Positions 10,000-19,945 of a stretch of 64,000 nt of DNA are shown here, piece by piece. Origin of the DNA: Bacteroidales bacterium (GTDB lineage: Bacteria; Bacteroidota; Bacteroidia; Bacteroidales; G963667975); assembly GCA_963667975.1 (NCBI GenBank), contig OY764079.1, positions 3,671,866-3,735,865 of the forward strand, read 5' to 3'. A program made the translations under genes and the position numbers. The notes beneath the pieces were generated by a model, which did no database searches, had not been told where the DNA came from, and was given only the letters and a program-made list of their open reading frames with translations. Numbering within the stretch: position 1 is the stretch's first letter; every line of letters begins with the position of its first letter.

Positions 10000-10449
10000 A
10001 TGAAAAAAGTAGTTTTTACACTTATTCTGCTGGTTGCTATGATTGGCTTGAATGCACAAACCGTTCCAAGCAATCCAAACGGTCCTGAAATCAAATTTGA
10101 TAAAACCGTTCACAACTATGGTGAAATTATGCAGGGAGCTAATGGCGACTGTGAATTCAGTTTCACCAACACTGGTAAAGAACCGTTGATTCTTTCTAAC
10201 GTTGCTGCATCATGCGGTTGTACTACTCCTAACTGGACTCGTGAGCCAATCATGCCTGGTAAAAAAGGAACGATCAAAGTTCATTATGACACCAACCGTT
10301 TAGGCATAATCAGCAAAACCATCACGGTGGTTTCCAATGGAAAAACTGACCGTGTTGTATTACGCATCGAAGGGAAAGTAAATCAGAAACCTGCCGAAAA
10401 CGTTCCTCAAAATAATGTGAACCCAAATGCAGTTCCTACCAACAGATAA
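10000..10449 (+). CDS. Secreted DUF1573-family protein.
   Basis: Signal peptide. The CGCTTPNW...PG..G.I motif block is typical of DUF1573. Confidence 0.7.
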   Translation: MKKVVFTLILLVAMIGLNAQTVPSNPNGPEIKFDKTVHNYGEIMQGANGDCEFSFTNTGKEPLILSNVAASCGCTTPNWTREPIMPGKKGTIKVHYDTNRLGIISKTITVVSNGKTDRVVLRIEGKVNQKPAENVPQNNVNPNAVPTNR

Positions 10450-10472
10450 TCAAAAAAAGTAGTCGATAAACA

Positions 10473-10507
10473 AAAATCCCGGTAAAACCTATCGGGATTT
10501 TTTGTTG
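10473..10507 (+). terminator. Rho-independent terminator.
   Basis: aaatcccg-gtaaaacctat-cgggattt followed by tttgttg. Confidence 0.6.
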
Positions 10508-10535
10508 CTTTGTACATTCTAAAATCAAAACCAAT

Positions 10536-11735
10536 ATGCCAAGTATTTCATTGAAAGGCAAGCAGATGCCTGCCTCACCCATTCGTAAGCTTGTGCCTTT
10601 TGCCGAAGAAGCAAAACGCAAAGGAAGAAAAGTATATCATTTAAACATCGGACAACCAGATATTGAAACTCCACAAGGTGCTCTCGAAATAATGAGAAAA
10701 ACCGATATCAAAGTTGTTGAATACAGTCACTCTGCTGGTATCCTTTCTTATCGCAAGAAACTGGTTGAATATTATAAGAAAAACAATATTCATATTACTG
10801 AAAACGACATTATTGTAACCAACGGCGGTTCAGAAGGCATTTTGTTTGCTTTCAATGTTTGCATGGATCCAGGCGACGAAGTTATTATTCCTGAGCCTTT
10901 CTATGCGAATTACAATGGATTTGCAACTTCTGCGGGCGTAACCGTTAAACCGGTTATTTCTTCTATTGATACAGGTTTTGCACTTCCTCCTATTTCAGAA
11001 TTTGAAAAGCTGATCACTCCACGCACTAAAGCGATCATGATCTGCAACCCGAATAATCCTACCGGATATCTTTATTCAAAAGAAGAACTCGAAACGCTCA
11101 AAGAAATTGTAAAGAAATATGATCTTTATCTTTTGTCTGACGAAGTTTATCGCGAATTCTGCTACGATGGAAATACTCATTTTTCGGCCATGCACCTCAA
11201 AGGCATTGAAGAAAATGTAATTCTTCTCGATTCTGTTTCCAAACGTTATTCAGCCTGTGGTGTTCGTATTGGAGCGTTCATCACCAAGAATAAAGAAGTT
11301 ATGGATACAGCCATGAAATTTGCGCAGGCTCGTTTAAGTCCTCCAACATTTGGGCAGATTATTTCAGAAGCGGCATGTGATACTCCTCAGGAATATTTTG
11401 ACAATGTAATTTCGGAATACCTCAAACGCAGAAATATTGTAGTTGACGCAATCAACAATATGCCAAACTGCTTCTGCCCTAACCCAAAAGGAGCATTCTA
11501 CGCAGTTGCACGTTTACCGATTGACGATTCTGACATCTTCTGTAAATGGCTACTCGACACCTTTGAATATAACAACGAAACTGTGATGCTTGCACCTGCA
11601 ACCGGGTTCTACTCTACTCCGGGTCAGGGCAAAGATGAAGTTCGTATTAGCTATGTATTAAAGACAGAAGACCTTAAAGCAGCCATGAAATGCCTGGAAG
11701 AAGCACTAAAAGTATATCCGGGCCGTACCAAATAA
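10536..11735 (+). CDS. PLP-dependent aminotransferase, class I/II (aspartate/aromatic aminotransferase-like).
   Basis: 399 aa. Fold-type I motifs (NPNNPTG, SVSKRYSACGVRIG with the PLP lysine). Confidence 0.85.
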   Translation: MPSISLKGKQMPASPIRKLVPFAEEAKRKGRKVYHLNIGQPDIETPQGALEIMRKTDIKVVEYSHSAGILSYRKKLVEYYKKNNIHITENDIIVTNGGSEGILFAFNVCMDPGDEVIIPEPFYANYNGFATSAGVTVKPVISSIDTGFALPPISEFEKLITPRTKAIMICNPNNPTGYLYSKEELETLKEIVKKYDLYLLSDEVYREFCYDGNTHFSAMHLKGIEENVILLDSVSKRYSACGVRIGAFITKNKEVMDTAMKFAQARLSPPTFGQIISEAACDTPQEYFDNVISEYLKRRNIVVDAINNMPNCFCPNPKGAFYAVARLPIDDSDIFCKWLLDTFEYNNETVMLAPATGFYSTPGQGKDEVRISYVLKTEDLKAAMKCLEEALKVYPGRTK

Positions 11736-11760
11736 AGATATTCTACATTCAATAACAGAA

Positions 11761-11803
11761 AGCGGCAAAATGTAGAAGTACATTTTACCGCTTTTCTTTT
11801 TTC
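11761..11803 (+). terminator. Rho-independent terminator.
   Basis: gcggcaaaatgta-gaag-tacattttaccgc stem, then ttttcttttttc. Confidence 0.5.
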
Positions 11804-11947
11804 AAAATAACTAAACCGATTAAGGAATTATCCAATTCGTGTTTTAATCTTAAAATAAACACCCATTCTATCACGTTGTATTAAACCTTATTCTGGTACT
11901 AGCTGTTTAACAACAACCATCATCTTTTAAACATATTATAATTATAC

Positions 11948-13384
11948 ATGGAGAACAAAAGAATGAAGCCCCAAAACGAGGAAGCAAGTGGGCAAGGATT
12001 CCAGGCTACTTCTTTGGAAAGTAATTCGAAGCGCGAACATGCAGAATTTCACAACTGCCACACCGAGCAAAGTGTGAAGGATGATATTAAATTTCTTCAA
12101 CTTGTGTATGGCGACAGCTTTAAAATGAGAGAAAATGACGTAACGGTCGAGCTAATCAATAAACTCAAGGTAATCAGTAAAGATATCTACTTTTTCATCA
12201 AAACCCTTGAGTATGATATGACTCCTCAGAACTACATTAAACATAAATATGAGTTCATCCGTTTCAAAATACCCAATGGAGACTCTAATCTCTTCTATCT
12301 TGCATGGAACGGTTTAATTAAGAATGACAGTTTCCGTCGATTACTTCTGCAAACATTCAGCTTAAGCCGATTTAATGACATGTTGTGTCCTCAAAATATT
12401 CCGATCATTGGTTCTCACCGCTCACGCTACAGAACAAAATTGGTTTTAGCCAATGATATGGCCACTAACGATGACGGTTCCCGTCGTACTACTGGCAGAA
12501 TGCTCGAAGACGGAAGCGGGCTCAATATGCGCGAAGCCATTATCTGGCTGCCGAACGAAAAAGCTGTTCCGCTCTTTGCTCAGGGATATGTTCCCTTAAA
12601 TCAAACCCATGTTATTCTTATCCGACATGGGAAATCTATTCATGAATCCGGCGGCGAAAATCCCGAATTTGTAGGTTCCGGTTTCTGGGATATCTGGGAA
12701 AACAACCGCAGAATATCTGGTTCCAAAAGTAATTTTCTGAAAGATGAAGGAATCAAAACTGCCCGTGAGCTGGGAAAAGATTTTAAAGTTGCAGTAGATA
12801 TTCTTGACAAAAGCGGATACCCTCTCTGGTCATGGTCAAAAGATACTCCTATTCCGGTATTCGGAAGTGAATCAGAAAATACGGAGCAAACAGCCCGCAA
12901 TTTTTTGCTTGAAGCAGGATATACAAACATATCATTCAATGCATTATTCGGCTTGAATTCACAAAAATACGGTGCATTAACGTTTCTTCATAAAAACGAA
13001 ATTATTGAAGAGGCCGTAAAAATTTACAGTCATGGTTCCGACAATACTACAGAGATTAAAAACAAGATCAGCAAGATGTTTAAAAACCGTTTCTATCACT
13101 ACCCCGAAGGGGAAACTCTGATAGAAGCTGACTGGAGAATTGCTTATAGCTTTATTGATTTACTGAACCGGAACCTTGGCAAACGTGTGATGCTGGTTGA
13201 CCATTCCGGCGCAATCCGTGTATTCGAAGCGATTATTCGCACTCTTGATTTTGCGGAGTACAGTACGATCAAAGAAGCGCAAGATTCAATTATTGCAATC
13301 TGCTATCAACCAGGTAGAAACCTTCGTTATGATTATCTGCAACGAAAAGATTTCCCCCTTCGTAAACGTGAAAAAAACAGTTAA
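11948..13384 (+). CDS. Hypothetical protein: ~210-aa N-terminal domain with no recognisable family, plus a C-terminal histidine-phosphatase (PGAM-like) domain.
   Basis: VILIRHGKS (the RHG motif) and the downstream LVDHSGAIRV catalytic His motif. Confidence 0.6.
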   Translation: MENKRMKPQNEEASGQGFQATSLESNSKREHAEFHNCHTEQSVKDDIKFLQLVYGDSFKMRENDVTVELINKLKVISKDIYFFIKTLEYDMTPQNYIKHKYEFIRFKIPNGDSNLFYLAWNGLIKNDSFRRLLLQTFSLSRFNDMLCPQNIPIIGSHRSRYRTKLVLANDMATNDDGSRRTTGRMLEDGSGLNMREAIIWLPNEKAVPLFAQGYVPLNQTHVILIRHGKSIHESGGENPEFVGSGFWDIWENNRRISGSKSNFLKDEGIKTARELGKDFKVAVDILDKSGYPLWSWSKDTPIPVFGSESENTEQTARNFLLEAGYTNISFNALFGLNSQKYGALTFLHKNEIIEEAVKIYSHGSDNTTEIKNKISKMFKNRFYHYPEGETLIEADWRIAYSFIDLLNRNLGKRVMLVDHSGAIRVFEAIIRTLDFAEYSTIKEAQDSIIAICYQPGRNLRYDYLQRKDFPLRKREKNS

Positions 13385-13529
13385 TCTTATCATGCAGAAT
13401 ATTCAATGGTGAAAAATAGCTGATGATTCGTACAATCCGGAATAAACTGCACGAATCGTTCAGCTACTATTTCTTTAATACAACTAATTCATTTCAGAAT
13501 CGTTACGAAAACTCAAATTAAAAATCGTT

Positions 13530-14066
13530 ATGACTCTTTGCGCCTTTTTTCTATTACTATTCTGTATTACTACCGTATTGCTTATTTTCAAAAATGCGCA
13601 ACTTAAAAAGCTTTCCGAAACCGATACCCTCACAGGCTTGCCCAATTACCGGAAGCTACAACAACTTCTGAAAAACAAAACACACTATAAAAGTGTCATA
13701 TTGCTAGACATTGATAATTTCGGAGAATTCAACAAAACTGCAATCCATAAAGGAGACGAGGTACTAATTGAATTTGCCGGACAAATCAAAACACTTTTAC
13801 AACAGAAAGCTATCGTTTGCCGCTATCGTTTAGGAGATGAATTCGCGATTATCACATTGCCTTCCTCAAATGAAGAAGAATTAATTCAGACACTTCAGAA
13901 GCACTTTCAAAACTATCATTTTCAGCACATTGAACATAACAACAATTACAGGCTTCTATTTTGCTATAGTCTGGTTCATTTAAGCGGTGATACTGGTTAT
14001 GATTTAAATAAGGCAGAACTTCTACTTGCCGAAGCAAAACGAAACAAGAGTGAATCCGTAAGATAA
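13530..14066 (+). CDS. Small membrane-anchored degenerate GGDEF-domain protein (LGDEF instead of GG[D/E]EF).
   Basis: N-terminal TM helix. DTLTGLPNYR, LLDIDNFGEFN and RLGDEFAII are the hallmark GGDEF blocks, with the first Gly replaced by Leu. Confidence 0.6.
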   Translation: MTLCAFFLLLFCITTVLLIFKNAQLKKLSETDTLTGLPNYRKLQQLLKNKTHYKSVILLDIDNFGEFNKTAIHKGDEVLIEFAGQIKTLLQQKAIVCRYRLGDEFAIITLPSSNEEELIQTLQKHFQNYHFQHIEHNNNYRLLFCYSLVHLSGDTGYDLNKAELLLAEAKRNKSESVR

Positions 14067-14092
14067 AATCAGAAATTTGTTACATAATAAAA

Positions 14093-14764
14093 TTAATCTT
14101 CAATTACTTTCCCGACCTCGCAGCGAATAGTGCGGGATGGGAATTTTGATATTGTCATCATATCATGTGTTGACATCAGTACAGATGTTCCACTTTTACT
14201 AATTTCTTTCAAAAGATTTAAAATCTCTTCGGATGTTTCAGGATCAAGGTTTCCGGTAGGTTCATCAGCCAGAATAATTTCAGGGTTATTGAGTAAAGCA
14301 CGGGCTATTACCACACGTTGCTGTTCTCCACCCGATAATTGGTGAGGCATTTTAAATCCTTTGGTTCCCAATCCGACCAAATCAAGTACTTTCTGAATCT
14401 GTTCTTCCATCTCTACCTTATTTTTCCACCCGGTAGCTTTAAGAACAAAGAGCAAATTTTCCTTCACACTTCTATCAATCAACAACTGAAAATCCTGAAA
14501 AATAATCCCAATTTTACGGCGCAGATACGGAATTTCCTTTGTTTTAATTGTTTTCAGATTATATCCAACAATTTCTGCTTCTCCTTCAATAACCGGAAGT
14601 TCTGCATATAAAGTGGCCAAAAGAGAGCTCTTTCCTGCTCCGGTTTTTCCAATCAGATAAACAAATTCGCCTCTGCTAATTTCCAGATTAATTTCTGAAA
14701 TAATTAACACATTACGTTGATATACGGATAGATTATCGAGTTTTAGGATCGTTTCTTCGGCCAT
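14093..14764 (-). CDS. ftsE: Cell-division ABC ATPase FtsE.
   Basis: 223 aa. Walker [10 protein letters not shown]. Signature LSGGEQQRV. Walker [12 protein letters not shown]. Confidence 0.8.
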   Translation of the reverse strand: MAEETILKLDNLSVYQRNVLIISEINLEISRGEFVYLIGKTGAGKSSLLATLYAELPVIEGEAEIVGYNLKTIKTKEIPYLRRKIGIIFQDFQLLIDRSVKENLLFVLKATGWKNKVEMEEQIQKVLDLVGLGTKGFKMPHQLSGGEQQRVVIARALLNNPEIILADEPTGNLDPETSEEILNLLKEISKSGTSVLMSTHDMMTISKFPSRTIRCEVGKVIED

Positions 14765-14798
14765 GACTGTAAGATTTAATACAAAGGTACGTAAAATC

Positions 14799-15368
14799 TT
14801 ACCAACTGAGGAAGACCACTGTCCAAAAAGTGAGCGGGAGTACCGTGTCCCAGATTATCTGTTCACGTTCACGGGCACGTTCCCATCTATACCGTTCTTG
14901 TTCAAACTGATATTTATTCAGTTCATCTTCACGTTTTTTCTCCTGTAGCATCAATGCTTGCTCGGTAAAGCGCAGATAATCATTTACCATAACATTATCA
15001 GGATTTTCGGCCCAAAAGTTTTGCAACTGAATTCTTGCGTCAAGATAACGTCCTAAATGAAACATTGCAATCCCTTTCTGAAGATACAAATCATGTAAAA
15101 AAGGCTTCATTTTCAGAGCCTGATCAAAATCATTTAATGCACTTTGATAATTATGCAATTGCATATGAGCATAAGCCCTGTCCTGATAGATTAAAGCATA
15201 GTAAGGCATAATAGAAGCTGCCGTATCGAAATATGCAACCCCCTTCTGATATTCACCTTGCAATACACATTTTCTGCCTTCATCATGATATTTTTTATAC
15301 TCACCGGCGCGCTGAGCAAATAACGTTACAGGCACCAAAAACACAAAAAGAAAAAATATACGTTTCAT
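14799..15368 (-). CDS. TPR-repeat protein with signal peptide, possibly co-transcribed with ftsE.
   Basis: Signal peptide. TPR-like helical repeats (AYFD..A, AYAHMQL..Y..A). 35-bp gap to ftsE. Confidence 0.6.
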   Translation of the reverse strand: MKRIFFLFVFLVPVTLFAQRAGEYKKYHDEGRKCVLQGEYQKGVAYFDTAASIMPYYALIYQDRAYAHMQLHNYQSALNDFDQALKMKPFLHDLYLQKGIAMFHLGRYLDARIQLQNFWAENPDNVMVNDYLRFTEQALMLQEKKREDELNKYQFEQERYRWERAREREQIIWDTVLPLTFWTVVFLSW

Positions 15369-15608
15369 AATTCAATCTGTTTTGAAGAACAAAAATACTG
15401 CATAAAGCGTGCCAAAGGCATTGTGTTAGCATACTACTCATAAACCAAAAGTACAATCTTTAATTCACACAGAATTAGTCTTTATGCATTATTTTACCGT
15501 TTAAAACATTGCATTTAACCATCCGTACGCAGAGTTTATCAAAAAATATTGACAACAGAGGTACTTCTGCTTTAAATTTATACAAACCATATCATAATAC
15601 AAACGCAT

Positions 15609-16505
15609 ATGAAAACAAGTTTAAAATTATTTTTTCTCAGTGTATTTCTAACCTGTACGTTATCAGGTTTTTCACAAACAACCATTACGATCCATTCCAG
15701 ACCTGCTCCGGTTATTGATGGAATTTATTCTGTTCAGGAATGGGCTGATGCAGATACTGCTTCTATTGATTTACTTGATGGCAGATCTCTCTTGGTTCGC
15801 TATAAAAAAGATGCCAGTGCGCTCTACTTTCTTTTCAGCGGACCAATCGCCAGTTACAGCAATTATTACGCAATGTTTCCAGAAGTATCAATTGATGGAG
15901 CATTTAACAAAAGTGAGCTTTGGCAATGTGATGACCAATGGTTTCATGTTTCTTATACGGATTGTAGTTCAATTGGGGCACCTGATATTTATACAAATTG
16001 TGTTGTAACACAACCCGATTGGATTGGAATCCCAAATTTTTCCATGTCGTTAAATCCTGATACAATTGAAATGAAAATCCCTTTTGCCAAGCTTGGAATT
16101 AACGAAGCGTATGCTGACACAATCGGCATCTGTTTCATGGGAAATACTACACAGGGAAGCTGGAGAATGTGGCCCAAAACTGCGGACAAATTCAAACCTT
16201 CCACATGGGCAAAAGCCATTTTAGAACACTCCGTTTCTGTACACAATACTGAAATAAAAGCTTTTGAACCTGAAATATTCATCGATAATATAAATCACAA
16301 CATAAGGATAATCTGCAAAGATGAGAATTTATCAAAAAACAGCTATTTCCTATTTAATGTCAGGGGGAAAGAAATTATAAGAGGAATGTTTAACACCGAA
16401 ATATATTCACTTGATTCCAAAGATTTGCGTTCCGGAATTTATATTCTGTCTATCATTTCTAACGGGCATTTCTACAACAAAAAAATCATTATTCAACAAC
16501 TGTAG
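15609..16505 (+). CDS. Secreted protein with a T9SS C-terminal sorting domain.
   Basis: Signal peptide. The C-terminal ~80 aa (..IYSLDSKDLRSGIYILSIISNGHFYNKKIIIQQL) matches Por-secretion CTD architecture. Confidence 0.55.
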   Translation: MKTSLKLFFLSVFLTCTLSGFSQTTITIHSRPAPVIDGIYSVQEWADADTASIDLLDGRSLLVRYKKDASALYFLFSGPIASYSNYYAMFPEVSIDGAFNKSELWQCDDQWFHVSYTDCSSIGAPDIYTNCVVTQPDWIGIPNFSMSLNPDTIEMKIPFAKLGINEAYADTIGICFMGNTTQGSWRMWPKTADKFKPSTWAKAILEHSVSVHNTEIKAFEPEIFIDNINHNIRIICKDENLSKNSYFLFNVRGKEIIRGMFNTEIYSLDSKDLRSGIYILSIISNGHFYNKKIIIQQL

Positions 16506-16668
16506 AATACAACAAAAGGGACTGCCTGAAAAATTTTTCATCCAACAAAAAAATCGACTCTGTTCAATCTGATAATTATACAAGCTATCAGATTGAACGG
16601 AGTCGAAACATATTAAGACTACGACTTTTCAGGCGAATTCTCTTTCTTTACATCCGGTTTTTATCCAC

Positions 16669-17244
16669 TTATTTCACTAATCCGGCAAATCCCATAAATG
16701 CGAGTGACAATAAACCCGCAGTTATCAATGATATCGGAAAACCTTTCATCCCTTTCGGAATACCTGTTAACTCAAGTTGTTCACGAATACCAGCCATCAG
16801 AACAATTGCCAGTGTAAAGCCTATGGCAGTAGCCGAAGCATACACAACACTCATTACAATATTGTAATTTTTCATAATTGCAAGAATTGCAATACCTAAT
16901 ACAGCACAATTGGTCGTAATCAATGGGAGATATATCCCCAAAGCCTGATATAATGAGGGAGCAGCCTTCTTTAAAATAATCTCAACTACCTGAACAAGGA
17001 ATGCGATGATTAAAATAAAGGAAATGGTCTGCATAAATTCTATATGCAATGGGATCAGGATATAAAAGTAAATAAGATAGGTTACAAGGTTAGCCAGTGC
17101 CATAACAAATGTAACAGCAGCACCCATCCCTACCGCAGTAGATACTTTATTCGACACACCTAAAAACGGGCAGATTCCAAGAAACTGTGCCAAAATAACA
17201 TTGTTGACAAACAGTGCTAAAATGATAACATTAATAAATTCCAT
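16669..17244 (-). CDS. rnfA: Rnf electron transport complex subunit A.
   Basis: 191 aa. 6-TM RnfA/NqrE signature LGICPFLGVS. Confidence 0.9.
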   Translation of the reverse strand: MEFINVIILALFVNNVILAQFLGICPFLGVSNKVSTAVGMGAAVTFVMALANLVTYLIYFYILIPLHIEFMQTISFILIIAFLVQVVEIILKKAAPSLYQALGIYLPLITTNCAVLGIAILAIMKNYNIVMSVVYASATAIGFTLAIVLMAGIREQLELTGIPKGMKGFPISLITAGLLSLAFMGFAGLVK

Positions 17245-17262
17245 AACTGTTCTCTCCTATTT

Positions 17263-17847
17263 TTATTTTGACAAAAATTTATTTCTCAGGGCAATCATAT
17301 AACCATACGTAAAGAAGGCTCCCGGAGGCAATATAAATACCAGAATTTTTGAGGTTTCAGAAAGAATTCTGTAGTTAAAGATTGTTCCATTACCTAATAA
17401 TTCGCGAAAACTTCCCATTATTGTTAAAGCTAAGGTAAATCCGATACCCATTCCAATGCCATCTAAAATTGCCGGAAAAACTTTATTTTTCTGAGCAAAT
17501 GCTTCGGCACGACCTAAAATAATACAGTTAACAACGATCAACGGAATAAACACACCTAATGCAGCATATAAACCCGGGGTAAATGCTTTCATGGTTAAAT
17601 CAACAATCGTAACAAAAGATGCTATAATTACTACAAATGCAGCAATACGAACCTTGTTAGGAATTACATTTTTCAACGCTGCAATAAATAAGTTCGAAAA
17701 TACAAGTACGAAAGTTGTAGCAGCTCCCATTCCCAATCCATTAACAGCAGCAGTAGTTACCGCAAGCGTTGGACAAGTTCCCAGAACCAGTACCAGGGTT
17801 GGGTTTTCTTTGATAAAACCATTGGTTAAATATTTCAAGTTACTCAT
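17263..17847 (-). CDS. rnfE: Rnf complex subunit E.
   Basis: 194 aa. LGTCPTLAVTT motif. Confidence 0.9.
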   Translation of the reverse strand: MSNLKYLTNGFIKENPTLVLVLGTCPTLAVTTAAVNGLGMGAATTFVLVFSNLFIAALKNVIPNKVRIAAFVVIIASFVTIVDLTMKAFTPGLYAALGVFIPLIVVNCIILGRAEAFAQKNKVFPAILDGIGMGIGFTLALTIMGSFRELLGNGTIFNYRILSETSKILVFILPPGAFFTYGYMIALRNKFLSK

Positions 17848-17852
17848 AGCGC

Positions 17853-18893
17853 TTACTGTTTTACTTGTTTAAAAATCTCATACGCTTTTAAAAGAGCATC
17901 GGCAAAGCCTTTAGAAGAAATGGTTGCTCCACTAATTCCGTCAATGCTTCCTTTGTTTGACTTCAGATCCAGTTTAAAGGTTTCTGGTTTTTTGCCTTTA
18001 AATTGGCTCAGGAATTTCTTATCTAAAATCTGATCTCCATAACCAACTGATTCTTTCTGGCTTAAAATAATCACATCAACAATTGTACCGTCAATATCAA
18101 ACCCTGTCAATATCCAGATCTTATTTTCCGTATTATATCCGGTAGCACCAGACTTTATTGCATATCCAACAGTTTTACCTGTCATTGTTGCCGTAAATAT
18201 CTCACAGTTATCCATTTGTTTAACTGTGGTTTCAGGTTTGTTATCAAATTTAGGCAATACCTTGGCAAATAAAGTAAAATCTGTAATTTTACAGGTAATT
18301 GTATCACATTTGTCTGCTGCTGATTCAACTTTAGAGGTTGCAAATTCCTTGTTAAACGCTTTAAATGCTCTATCTAAAGCATCACAATAGGCTCTGGATG
18401 AAATCGTAGCCGCTGTAATTGCATCAACTTCTCCCCCATCTTTTTTCACTGTCATATTAAAGGAAGCAGGTTTTTTTCCATTAAACTGGTCATGGAATTT
18501 AGATTCCATCATCTTTGTACCCAAGCCCGGGGTTTCTTTTTGCTGTAGAACAATCGTATTATGAATTGTACCATCAGGTAAAAAGCCTACCATTATTCCG
18601 ATGTGGCCGGCAAAACCTTTTTCCGTAAAAGTTTTTACCGCATAACCAACCAATTGATTTCCTTTTTTGGCAGGGTAAAACGTAATTCCGTCAACCTCTT
18701 TCATTTCTTTGGTTGGGTCATTATCAAAAGCAGGTAAAACATCTTTGATTGCATTAATCTCTTTTTGTTTATCAGCCTTCTCAATAGGCCCTTTAGTGAG
18801 ATTATACACAACTCCTAAAGCTGCTGACATCACCATTGAGATGACAGCAAGCGACAAGATCATATTCTTTAATGTCGATTCTAATTTAGCCAT
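17853..18893 (-). CDS. rnfG: Rnf complex subunit G with two tandem FMN-binding domains.
   Basis: N-terminal TM helix. Two FMN_bind repeats with flavinylation motifs DAITAATISS and DGISGATISS. Confidence 0.85.
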   Translation of the reverse strand: MAKLESTLKNMILSLAVISMVMSAALGVVYNLTKGPIEKADKQKEINAIKDVLPAFDNDPTKEMKEVDGITFYPAKKGNQLVGYAVKTFTEKGFAGHIGIMVGFLPDGTIHNTIVLQQKETPGLGTKMMESKFHDQFNGKKPASFNMTVKKDGGEVDAITAATISSRAYCDALDRAFKAFNKEFATSKVESAADKCDTITCKITDFTLFAKVLPKFDNKPETTVKQMDNCEIFTATMTGKTVGYAIKSGATGYNTENKIWILTGFDIDGTIVDVIILSQKESVGYGDQILDKKFLSQFKGKKPETFKLDLKSNKGSIDGISGATISSKGFADALLKAYEIFKQVKQ

Positions 18894-19942
18894 TATTTTA
18901 TCACCTCCCCGAATCGTTTAGGTTTCATACTTTTATTGATTAAAGGCACTACTGCATTCATTATAAGAATTGCAAACGAAACGCCTTCGGGATAAGCACC
19001 CCATACGCGAATTAAGACAGTCAGAACCCCGCATCCAATCCCATACACAATCATTCCTTTTCCTGACATTGGAGATGTGACCATATCCGTAGCCATAAAA
19101 ATAGCACCCAGCATTAAACCGCCTGCAAACAAATGATATACCGGGTTGATATAAATTGCAGGGTTTATCATCCAAAGGATACCTGTAAATGCTAGTACTG
19201 TACCAATATATGCAACAGGGATATGCCAGCTGATAATTTTACGGAGAAGCATAAACAAACCGCCTAATATCAGGGCAATTGCGGAAACTTCTCCCAGCGA
19301 ACCGCCAATTCCACCTACAAACATATCAGTATAAGACGGAATATAACCACTTAAATCAGACAGTTTATGTCCTTGTTGCAAAGCAGTATGAATTGTATCA
19401 CTTTTTGCCATCAACTGGTCAATGGTTTCGCCTTTCATTAAACCTTCTTTTATAACGCCCAATGATGTCGGACCTGTAATGGCATCCACCAATGTTGTGA
19501 ATGGCCTTGGAACTGGCCAAGTCGTCATATCTACCGGAAATGAAATCAAAAGAAAAACACGGCCAATTAAAGCGGGATTGAAAGGATTTTTTCCTAAACC
19601 ACCAAATGACATTTTTGCAATCCCTATTGCAACCAATGCACCTACCAACAATTGCCAGATTGGCAAAGAAGTTGGAACATTAAACGCAAGTAAAATCCCG
19701 GTTACAGCAGCAGAACCATCTGTAACGCTTGGGGTTACTTTTAAGACAAATTTTTGAATCAGATATTCAAATGCAATACATGCAACAATTGAAATCAAGG
19801 TAAGAATTATTGCTGAAATCCCAAAATACCAGGTGGAAACCAACAAAGCAGGGAGCAAAGCAATTACTACGCCCCACATAATTTTTCGCACGGAATCTTT
19901 GTCATGTACGTGCGGTGATCCGGATACTGTTAGCAGATTCAT
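18893..19942 (-). CDS. rnfD: Rnf complex subunit D.
   Basis: 349 aa polytopic NqrB/RnfD family. Ends GGSLGEVSA (FMN site). Confidence 0.9.
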   Translation of the reverse strand: MNLLTVSGSPHVHDKDSVRKIMWGVVIALLPALLVSTWYFGISAIILTLISIVACIAFEYLIQKFVLKVTPSVTDGSAAVTGILLAFNVPTSLPIWQLLVGALVAIGIAKMSFGGLGKNPFNPALIGRVFLLISFPVDMTTWPVPRPFTTLVDAITGPTSLGVIKEGLMKGETIDQLMAKSDTIHTALQQGHKLSDLSGYIPSYTDMFVGGIGGSLGEVSAIALILGGLFMLLRKIISWHIPVAYIGTVLAFTGILWMINPAIYINPVYHLFAGGLMLGAIFMATDMVTSPMSGKGMIVYGIGCGVLTVLIRVWGAYPEGVSFAILIMNAVVPLINKSMKPKRFGEVIK

Positions 19943-19945
19943 TTC

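Noticed and set aside
14093-14764. ftsE without an adjacent ftsX might indicate a disrupted operon.
   Set aside because: In Bacteroidota, ftsE and ftsX are frequently unlinked. The ORF is full length with intact Walker motifs.
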